Below are positions 1-7,435 of a stretch of 31,162 nt of DNA, one piece after another (position 1 is the first letter of the stretch; every line of letters begins with the position of its first letter). Origin of the DNA: Silvanigrellaceae bacterium. Its GTDB lineage: Bacteria; Bdellovibrionota_B; Oligoflexia; Silvanigrellales; Silvanigrellaceae. The stretch is taken from contig JBMSQQ010000037.1 of assembly GCA_049423385.1 (NCBI GenBank), positions 1 through 31,162 of the forward strand. Reading direction: 5' to 3'. The notes under the pieces were generated by a model. It was given only the letters and a program-made list of their open reading frames with translations, did no database searches and had not been told where the DNA came from. The translations under genes were made by a program, and so were the position numbers.

Positions 1-81
1 TTTATCGCTCGCTCCTTGGAAGCTGCAGGCGGAAAGTGTGAGTAAGGAACTCAAGCTACCAAAAGAGAGGAGACGTCTCAT
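1..81 (-). CDS. 5' end of a lipoprotein gene running off the window edge; probable paralog of the 146..3289 gene
   Basis: Not in the ORF track. ATG at 81 reads MRRLLSFGSLSSLLTLSACSFQGASDK, open to base 1. Lipobox LSAC is followed by SF, as in the neighbour (LTSC-SF). The upstream leader is nearly identical to the neighbour's. Confidence 0.8.
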   Translation of the reverse strand, partial: MRRLLSFGSLSSLLTLSACSFQGASDK

Positions 82-100
82 TTTCGACCTGCACTTTCTC
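79..100 (-). repeat. 22-bp leader/start-codon repeat, copy 1 (copy 2 at 3287..3308)
   Basis: cattttcgacctgcactttctc vs cattttgaacctgcactttctc, 20/22 identical; each copy ends at an ATG on the minus strand. Confidence 0.85.
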
Positions 101-145
101 GGTTTCACTTGTAAAGAGGAAAGCCAATATTTTCCTGCCTCCCTC

Positions 146-3100
146 TCAATACACCGCCAACATCGACAAGCTTCCCGTGTAGCCCGTGATTTCAATCACG
201 GCGTCCGTCGCCGCATTGAAGCCCGAGACAGCATCGTTGATGGCGAGGAACGTGCGCACACCAGTGCTTGAATTGAAGGTGAATGTTGCCGCACCGCCTT
301 TGACAAAACTTCTGCTTGTGAGCAACGCTGCGATGCTCGCCGTATCCAATGATTGCACAGCGCCGAGGATTTGTGGCTTGAGAGCTCTGGTGCGTGCAGC
401 GGGGATGTCAATCATGTCGCTGACCGTGTTCAAGTTGGTGATTCTGTCTGGTGTTGAGCTCCAGAGCGCATCGCTCAAACTCACCAAGCGGAAGGTGTTG
501 GTACTTCCAGTTCCTGAGAGCGCGTCGGTACCGACAGTGAAAGTGAGAACCTGTGATGCAACGTCATCGTTCAAGATGACGCCTGTCGCTGTCGTGCTGG
601 TTCCTAAAGTGTACCCAGTTCCGGCCAGCAACGTCAGGTTCACGGTTTCATCACTTTCCAGGCCGCTGTCTGCAATTGGGTCAATCACGACTGTGGCCGT
701 GGCCGCATTGGCTGCGAACGTCGCAGTCTGACTGCTGCTACCAACCACCAGCCCGTTGAAGTCAATCCCAGAAGTTGCGCTTCCTGATGCCGTGAAACTC
801 ACTGTTAGGGGATCTGCCGTCACCACCGAACGCGTGAAGGTGAACACCAGATTGCCGCTGCCATCCTCGCTCACGCTGATGGGTGAGAGTGCGAGGCTGA
901 TTGCTGGCGCGCTGCTGGCGAGATCATCGTTCAGGATCGTGCCGATCACCTCGGTCGTGGTGCCAATCGTGTAGCCCGAACCAAACGTCAGCTGAAGCCT
1001 CACAGATTCATCCCCCTCAAGTAATCCGTCCACCACTGGATCCACCAACACCACAGCGGTAGCAGCATTTGCCGCAAAGGTTACGGACTGAGTCACGACT
1101 GGCAGCAGTCCGGTGTAGTCAACGCCAATGCCGGCGCTACCTCTAACCTGAAAATAGACGGTCAGCGGATCAGCGGTCACCACCGAGCGGGTGAAGTTGA
1201 ACATCAGATTCTCTGTGCCATCTTCCGTCACACTGCTGACCGGCAGGGCCAGTGTGATCACTGGCAGACTTACAGGAGAACTCAACGGTGCGATCGTTCC
1301 GCTGATGAGATAGTGACCAATGCTCGCGTAATCAGTAAAACCTACTCCTGTTGCAGTTGTCGGATCGCCGTATCCAATCCCTTCGAGCTTCAAATAGTAG
1401 GTCCCTGCGGGAAGGCTGCCGATGCGCATCCCATTTAAAAAGCTGCCCCAGATACCACCTGAACCTGTGTAAAGGGTCACAGTTAAGTTTAAATTGGTTG
1501 CGTGATCGTTGAAGCCGTTGGTTGTATTCGTATCCCAAACGTTGGCGATGTTGACGTCATAAGAACCTCCCCACACACCATCCGAATCGACAGAAGCTCT
1601 GTATATGGAGGGGAAAAAACGGAGATCGAGGTCACTGGTTTCCGGCAAATCGATGCGGAACCAGTCCACATCGGACGCTGTCTGGATGGTGCCGAACTGA
1701 CCGACCATACCGTTACGGGGATTCAAAGGAGCAGCATCCAGACGCAGATCACTCTCGGTATCTTGCGCATAGGAGAAGCCATTGTAGCCTGTAACGATGC
1801 CAAGGTCGTCGGCTCCTTTGCCATAGTTCGCTGTGCTGCCCGTATTATTGCTTTGGTAATAGACACCGTTATCCCACGTTGTCATATTCCTGTAGTAGCC
1901 GAGCCCCATGATTGGAGCCCAGCCGTATTGATCGAGCTCGGTGCTGTTGCCGGCGTAATAGCCAACCGCTGTGGTGCCATCAAAAGTTCCGTCATGGGAG
2001 AGGCCGAGAGTATGACCCGCCTCATGACTGATCGCTTCCGACACCCCCAGCACGGAAGTGTTATAAACAAAGCAGGGAGTATCGCTGCCCCAGTTGAAGC
2101 TGTCGATGTAGGCAATGCCTCCGGCACTTCCTGAGGCGGGACCATATCTGGTGATCACCACTCGAATTCCATAATTGACATCCGTACTGTCGCTTTTCAT
2201 GAGCCAATCTTGCGGTGGTTCTTGTGTGGTGACATCGATATCGAAAGCTGCAAAATCAGCAGCAACTCGCTGCCAAATAATCTGAATCATCACCTTCTCA
2301 TTATCACTCAGGACGGCTGAATTGGCATCGATGTTGTAGGGAGGCGAATAAAAGGATGTCCCCATCACTCCGTTGTTCCAGCTGTTCCAATCCGTACCGC
2401 TGGTGGTGTGGCCATCAAAGTCGAGATAAATGACTTTGCTCGCATCGGGTTTGGAGTGGAGTTTGAACGTCTGGTCCAAGGGAAGCAATGAAGCACCGAT
2501 CACCACGCTGTTGTCTGCAGTGAGCAGTGGGTCCGTTCCACTGGCAGTGAGCATTTGTTCTGCAGCAGCGGCAGATTCTCTTTCGATTCCCTCGCAAATC
2601 GCGTCCCACTTTGTAATGACCGCGCCTGAAAGCGCGTCGACAAAAACATGCAATTCACTGGGGTGATAGCTGGAGCCGTGAGAGCCCTTGAGAACCACTT
2701 CGAAAGCTTCTTTGGGTTCACCACCAACGGCATAAACAATCATTTCCGGTTCCGAGCTGTCGTGGATCTCACCATCGAAAACACTCTGCGCGATGTCGGA
2801 TGCCAATTCAGAAGAGATGAGTCCCGAAGCAGACAGTTTGATTTCCTTCTGCAGACTCTTCTCAATCTTTTTGAGGCTACCATCCGACTTGCTCTGAACA
2901 ACAACATCGCCGCCAATCACGCGACGACCTTTGTAGCGGCTCTCCAAACGGATGCTTTCTTCGCTGGCTTCATCAATGATGACCGTCCTCACGGAGAAGG
3001 AATAATCGCTGTTGGTCAGCATCGCATCTGGTTTTGCCTTGATGTGGGCAACTGCACGGTCGATGGCGCGCTGGTAGGACTCCGGAGTTTCTTTCCTCTT

Positions 3101-3289
3101 GGATGCACTTTCCAGCCTTGACGCAACGCTGGATGCACGACCTTGGCCAGCCAGGCCTTGGTTCTGTTCGATACCTTGTTGGCCGTTCTTTTCCAATTGA
3201 ACAATATTTTTATTCAGCGCACTTTCAAAACTGCAAGATGTCAACGCAAGTAACGAAAAAATATTCACAATTAAGCTAAAAATCTTCAT
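146..3289 (-). CDS. Secreted/lipoprotein zinc metalloprotease: FTP/PepSY-like propeptide, metzincin domain, two Calx-beta-like repeats, bluetail-like C-terminal domain
   Basis: Lipobox LTSC. Propeptide-like segments YKGRRVIGGDVVV and LHVFVDALSGAVITKWDAI. LHSKPDASKVIYLDFDGH, zinc motif HEAGHTLGLSHD (~1994-2026) and Met-turn APIMG. Two SVxEDG...TILNDD/VILNDD repeats. C-terminus RTFLAINDAVSGFNAATDAVIEITGYTG. Confidence 0.85.
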   Translation of the reverse strand: MKIFSLIVNIFSLLALTSCSFESALNKNIVQLEKNGQQGIEQNQGLAGQGRASSVASRLESASKRKETPESYQRAIDRAVAHIKAKPDAMLTNSDYSFSVRTVIIDEASEESIRLESRYKGRRVIGGDVVVQSKSDGSLKKIEKSLQKEIKLSASGLISSELASDIAQSVFDGEIHDSSEPEMIVYAVGGEPKEAFEVVLKGSHGSSYHPSELHVFVDALSGAVITKWDAICEGIERESAAAAEQMLTASGTDPLLTADNSVVIGASLLPLDQTFKLHSKPDASKVIYLDFDGHTTSGTDWNSWNNGVMGTSFYSPPYNIDANSAVLSDNEKVMIQIIWQRVAADFAAFDIDVTTQEPPQDWLMKSDSTDVNYGIRVVITRYGPASGSAGGIAYIDSFNWGSDTPCFVYNTSVLGVSEAISHEAGHTLGLSHDGTFDGTTAVGYYAGNSTELDQYGWAPIMGLGYYRNMTTWDNGVYYQSNNTGSTANYGKGADDLGIVTGYNGFSYAQDTESDLRLDAAPLNPRNGMVGQFGTIQTASDVDWFRIDLPETSDLDLRFFPSIYRASVDSDGVWGGSYDVNIANVWDTNTTNGFNDHATNLNLTVTLYTGSGGIWGSFLNGMRIGSLPAGTYYLKLEGIGYGDPTTATGVGFTDYASIGHYLISGTIAPLSSPVSLPVITLALPVSSVTEDGTENLMFNFTRSVVTADPLTVYFQVRGSAGIGVDYTGLLPVVTQSVTFAANAATAVVLVDPVVDGLLEGDESVRLQLTFGSGYTIGTTTEVIGTILNDDLASSAPAISLALSPISVSEDGSGNLVFTFTRSVVTADPLTVSFTASGSATSGIDFNGLVVGSSSQTATFAANAATATVVIDPIADSGLESDETVNLTLLAGTGYTLGTSTTATGVILNDDVASQVLTFTVGTDALSGTGSTNTFRLVSLSDALWSSTPDRITNLNTVSDMIDIPAARTRALKPQILGAVQSLDTASIAALLTSRSFVKGGAATFTFNSSTGVRTFLAINDAVSGFNAATDAVIEITGYTGSLSMLAVY
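565..1266 (-). repeat. Two tandem ~115-aa Calx-beta-like domains within the protease gene
   Basis: Both copies share FTRSVVTADPLTV, TFAANAATA, GYTxGT and ILNDD. Boundaries approximate. Confidence 0.8.
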
Positions 3290-3308
3290 TTTGAACCTGC
3301 ACTTTCTC
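3287..3308 (-). repeat. 22-bp leader/start-codon repeat, copy 2
   Basis: See 79..100. Confidence 0.85.
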
Positions 3309-3325
3309 CGGATTTTATTGCACAG

Positions 3326-3352
3326 TTATCGGCAACAATTGGATCGGATTTT
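3326..3352 (-). promoter_or_regulatory. Putative sigma28 (FliA)-type promoter
   Basis: Minus strand reads AAAATCCG-N11-GCCGATAA, 36 nt before the ATG. Perfect -10 box, weak -35. Confidence 0.5.
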
Positions 3353-3410
3353 TTGCAGTCAAGATTGAGAGGTGTGTTTAGAAGTACGCTGAAGTCGCCG
3401 GGCTCAAAGC

Positions 3411-3445
3411 AGAAAAGGCAATATTTAAAGTTTGAAATATTGCCT
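3411..3445 (-). terminator. Intrinsic terminator-like hairpin (or palindromic operator)
   Basis: 11-bp perfect inverted repeat aggcaatattt/aaatattgcct (3416-3426, 3435-3445), followed by a short T-run on the minus strand. Confidence 0.55.
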
Positions 3446-3557
3446 GTGTTCGTTTTATTAAATCGGCTCTGGATAACTCAACGAGACCCACAACCGGCCC
3501 CAGTCAGGTGAGCAAAAACCCGCAGGAAGGTTATTCTGGAATATGCACAAGGGTCCT

Positions 3558-3595
3558 AAACGAACAAAACCAAAATACTTTATTTCATTTTGGTT
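3558..3595 (-). terminator. Probable terminator of the 3623..4210 gene
   Basis: 9-bp inverted repeat aaccaaaat/attttggtt, 27 nt after the stop, with a T-rich tail on the minus strand. The stem is AT-rich. Confidence 0.45.
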
Positions 3596-3622
3596 GAGTG
3601 CTGTCCTTACAGACCAGTAAAC

Positions 3623-4210
3623 CTATTTTCTGGTTAAGCCTTCCTCTAATCGAGTCCCCGGCGTTGCTGTCACCAACGTCAACGGCGCTTGATTCTTGCG
3701 CTCTTCCATTTCACGCTTGAACGTTTCATCTGACTTGAAGACAAATTCATGAGCAAGAAAACGATTTATCCCGATGGGCGGCGGAAGAAATCGAAGACCA
3801 GAAAGTGACTTGGAAATGCAGTCTGTGAATTTGTTATCTGTAAAGTCTGAATCAGCGAGTTCGAAATTATTAAGCTTCCCATCTTCAGCAACATGAAAAA
3901 CAAATGTAACCTTACCTTCAAAAATTTCAGCGGACTCTGGGTTCACCCCAGGTTTCGCTGTTGGTTTTGACTCGTCATATCCATTGTTACGAAGCATCGT
4001 CTTGTAGCAAGCTGATAATGTTTTCCGTCGCTCCTGCGACATTATTTTATCTCCAAAACCATTTCTTCGGTATGCCTGCTCTGCCTTGTTGTCTGGCGGG
4101 GGCGTCATCACGATCACGTTTCGTTGACCAAAAGAATAACCCGCGACGGTCGCTATTCCAAAAATTGCCAAACCGGCTGCAATCGTTTTCGGGCTCAAAG
4201 CTGACTTCAT
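3623..4210 (-). CDS. Membrane-anchored AgmX/PglI C-terminal (TonB-C-like) domain protein
   Basis: N-terminal hydrophobic helix, then LSACYK...EGKVTFVFHVAEDGK...SDFTDNKFTDCISKSLSGLRFLPP...FVF, the two-Cys pattern of this domain. Confidence 0.7.
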   Translation of the reverse strand: MKSALSPKTIAAGLAIFGIATVAGYSFGQRNVIVMTPPPDNKAEQAYRRNGFGDKIMSQERRKTLSACYKTMLRNNGYDESKPTAKPGVNPESAEIFEGKVTFVFHVAEDGKLNNFELADSDFTDNKFTDCISKSLSGLRFLPPPIGINRFLAHEFVFKSDETFKREMEERKNQAPLTLVTATPGTRLEEGLTRK

Positions 4211-4288
4211 GCCGCATCCCTCTGGACCGTTTCTCTTGCTTCGAGAGTAACATACTCGCTGAAGGGAATCTCTAAATGTGCTCAGTTA

Positions 4289-4325
4289 CGGAACGGAGAC
4301 TGCACTTTCTGCAGTCTCCGTTCCG
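4289..4325. repeat. Perfect 16-bp inverted repeat with 5-nt loop
   Basis: cggaacggagactgca-ctttc-tgcagtctccgttccg; no U-tract on either side. Confidence 0.9.
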
Positions 4326-4432
4326 GGGCACTAGTTAAATAACTCAAGGAATTAGAAATTTCACCGCCGTCTGAACAGGCTTGTGCACAGTTTTGAAGTT
4401 CGCTAGGTTTGGCAGTCCAACGAACAACCACA

Positions 4433-5697
4433 TCACATTGTGGTGGTTGTTCCGCTGGTGTCTGGCATGGTTTGAGTTGTCGCTGTCTCGGTCGAGGAAC
4501 TCTCTGCCTTGGCTTTTGCAGCTGCTTCTGCTGCATCAATCTCAGACTGACTCAATCCGCTGTCGGCAAGCGCATCGCCAACACTTTCGCCGATTTTTTG
4601 CTCCATGCTGTCCTTGACGGTTTGCGGCACATCCACCTCTGCCAAACCGGCACCGGCTCCATCTGCAATATCGTCGGTGTATTGGTTGAATTCTTCCTTT
4701 GGAATTCCCGCATCGGCAAGGCCATCGGTTGCGCCTGCCGACACGCCGCCAATCAAGGCTTTCAATTCATCATCACTGAGTTTTTCATTCAGATCCTGAG
4801 AACCAGCAACAGCTCCCTCGGACACTGCAGCGATGATTTCTGCATACTTGCCTTTGTCCACTTCACCATCATCGAGTCCTGCGACAAGTCCGTGGCTGAT
4901 GGACGATGCAAAATCATCCCAAAGATTTTTGTCTTCAATACCAATGTCGTCGATGGCTCCAACCTGTGCGTCCGCCACAGCCTTCATTTTTTTCCGCCAT
5001 TTCGGCATCGCTGAGGCCTGCATCCTTGAATCCATCCACCACGGATTCATTCATGCCTTCCAGAATTTCCTTGATTTCCTCTGGCGTCAAAGTCGACGGA
5101 ATTCCCTCGACCGCGCCTGCCATCATCGCTACAGACATTTCGTCCATTTGATCTTTGGAGATGCCAAGTTCGTCGAGACTGCCAATGGAGGACTTGATCA
5201 TCTCACCCGATGCCTCATCACGATCTGCGGCAGGAATTCCGCAGTCGTCCATGTTGTCCATGACCGTTTCCGAAATTTCCTTGAGGGCTTCATCGTAGTC
5301 ATCCGCTGCAACACCGGAATCCTTCAGTCCCACAATCGATGCTTGAGCAATCACTGCCGGCATTTCCTTCAGGCTTGCACCCAATTCCGCTGAACGAGCC
5401 GCGAGGCTTTTTTGCACGATTTCAACGATCGCATTCAAAATCGCCAGAATCTTGGTTTTGTCGACGACCCCGGCTTCATTGAATGCAGCAACCGCACCTT
5501 CCACGAAACCTGCAATTTCAAGTTCTGCCGGGGTGTCTGCTCTTGCAAGACTCAGGCTGCTCGTGCCCTTTTTTGCATCCGCTTTTTGTTTTGCGGCATC
5601 GGTGATGATTTTTGCCTGCTCTTCAGTCAGACCCTTGGACTTCAGTGCATCAGTGAGCTGTATGGAAAGCCGACTGGTCGATTGCAGGTTCCTGTTT
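4433..5697 (-). pseudogene. Acidic helical 25-aa-repeat protein gene, split by a 1-nt frameshift and lacking a credible start
   Basis: ORFs 4935..5753 and 4433..5050 join if one A is removed from the A7 run at 4987-4993 (MAEKNEG becomes MAEKMKAVADA), which restores an exact 25-aa repeat unit. The called start lies inside the upstream peptidase gene. A sequencing error is also possible. Confidence 0.7.
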
Positions 5698-6729
5698 TTA
5701 CAAGCTTTCAACAAGTACGCCAGCCACCAAATGAGCCCACATCCAGACTTCATCTGACGCAGTCACGTCACTGTTGTAAGGATAGTGAAGGAATGCTGCG
5801 CCAGGCTTCTTGCGAAACTTCGGCGCCAGAGTCAGGCGCCCACCGGCCAATGGCAACGCGCCCAAACGCAATCCTGCCAGCACAGCATAGCTGACGTTGT
5901 TGCAAACGTAATTATTGAGCGGGTCAGCCGATTCCATTGGCACAAATTTCCACGCCTGATCCTGTTCACTCCGACCCAGACTCTCGCTGAATTGCTCCAA
6001 ACGCAGACGATGACGCGAAGCGATTTTCTGCGGTTGCCAGTTCATGGCGATTTCATCGGGAAGATTCAACTCACGAGGCACTATCCAATCCGATACGGGC
6101 GCGTTGACTTCACCCAATGCTTTTCCGCGTGGGTCAAAGCCTGACAAACCCGTCGTTTTGTTGAGTGCACCCGCCTCGAGTCGAACGCCGGTGGGATTCG
6201 CACCATAGCCGGTCATGAGAATGAAATCTGGCTGAAAACGTTCGGCTTCATGAAGAATCACCGCAGCCGCAAAGTCCCACTCAACTGTCAATTTGAGAAG
6301 GCACAGCTCAATCTCTTGCCCATCAAACTTGAGTGTTCGTTGAATCGCGATGCCACCGCTGGCTCCCGGAGAATCATCAGGCTTGAACTCGGGAACATCA
6401 AACTGACCATCCTGCGGCCACGCGGATACCGCGGGCCACAGAGAAGAACGTTGCAGAACATCGACCACTGCACCTGAAATGTTGTGTTTGCGATTGAATG
6501 GCCCGAATCCCGACAACAAGACACGCTTGCGGGTTGAACCCGAGTTTGTGCAGCCTTGGCTGCGGTTCGATTTGTAGGTTTCAAAATTGCGCGCCACGCG
6601 GCTGTTGCCGGTCAACCCCAAATCGGTTGCAAAATCGGAGTCCCGAATTCCCTGTTGGGGAATGCTGCAGGCAGAGTGGCCGAGCAAAAGCAAAAGCAAA
6701 AGTACAATCTGCAGAGGCAACCATTGCAT
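5698..6729 (-). CDS. Pyroglutamyl-peptidase I (C15)-like lipoprotein
   Basis: VLLSGFGPF...NIS, RLE (Glu), NNYVCN (Cys), FLHYP (His). Start moved to ATG 6729 (AGGAG upstream), giving a signal peptide ending HSAC. Confidence 0.8.
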   Translation of the reverse strand: MQWLPLQIVLLLLLLLGHSACSIPQQGIRDSDFATDLGLTGNSRVARNFETYKSNRSQGCTNSGSTRKRVLLSGFGPFNRKHNISGAVVDVLQRSSLWPAVSAWPQDGQFDVPEFKPDDSPGASGGIAIQRTLKFDGQEIELCLLKLTVEWDFAAAVILHEAERFQPDFILMTGYGANPTGVRLEAGALNKTTGLSGFDPRGKALGEVNAPVSDWIVPRELNLPDEIAMNWQPQKIASRHRLRLEQFSESLGRSEQDQAWKFVPMESADPLNNYVCNNVSYAVLAGLRLGALPLAGGRLTLAPKFRKKPGAAFLHYPYNSDVTASDEVWMWAHLVAGVLVESL

Positions 6730-7071
6730 GGATAGACTCCTGAGGCATATTTCAGGTCGAACCAGTTTGATTTGCGCCCGATGGAAAAGAATATCACGAG
6801 ACGCGAGACTCTCCATCCAGCGTTGAAAATACCTTCCTAAAAACAATCATGAACATCGTATTCCAACTGTGTCTGCGGGTATGGCAGCGGTTGCGCGGAA
6901 GCCCTCTGAAGTTACAGTTTACAAATACGAAAACAATCATAAAATTAGATAAACACCCGTTTTTATTGATTTTAAATATAAAACAAAAAGTTCACTTCAT
7001 ATTTCCATTATAGCTCCGATAAGAGTGTTGATGGTAATTTATCCACCAGAGTTGAACGGAGACAGATTCAC

Positions 7072-7410
7072 ATGAAATACCTTTTGATGGCCCTCAACAT
7101 GATATGCATGCTGACACTCGTTGCCTGCGGCGGACAAGAATACTCCACCGGAAGCATTTCAAATCTTGCGGCAACTTCCCCATTGGGTGCGACAGACCAA
7201 AACAGCGCCGCCGCCAATGCCGACGCCAGCACAAAGTCAGGCCAAAAAGACGCATGCGAATCATCCAGCGAATCGAGAACAAATTCATCCACAACGGGCG
7301 AAATCAAACCTTGTGAAAAAAAGGATGAGACCGATCATGATAACGACCATCACGAGGAAGACGACAAAGCTCGCGGTTCCAGCGCGGACGATGAAGACTG
7401 TTCAGACTGA
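7072..7410 (+). CDS. Small lipoprotein of unknown function with an acidic, His-rich C-terminus
   Basis: GGAG upstream, lipobox LVAC, low-complexity body, DETDHDNDHHEEDD. Confidence 0.7.
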   Translation: MKYLLMALNMICMLTLVACGGQEYSTGSISNLAATSPLGATDQNSAAANADASTKSGQKDACESSSESRTNSSTTGEIKPCEKKDETDHDNDHHEEDDKARGSSADDEDCSD

Positions 7411-7435
7411 ATGCGGAAACCCAGCCGTTGGAGAT

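Noticed and set aside
565..1266. Duplicated domains as a DGR template/variable repeat pair
   Set aside because: The differences are not adenine-specific, both copies are in-frame domains, and no reverse transcriptase is present in the window.
4289..4325. Retron msd, CRISPR repeat or IS end
   Set aside because: Single copy, with no RT, cas or transposase gene in the window.
6684..6701. (GCAAAA)x3 microsatellite as a phase-variation tract
   Set aside because: The 6-bp unit keeps the frame and only encodes the Leu run of a signal peptide.
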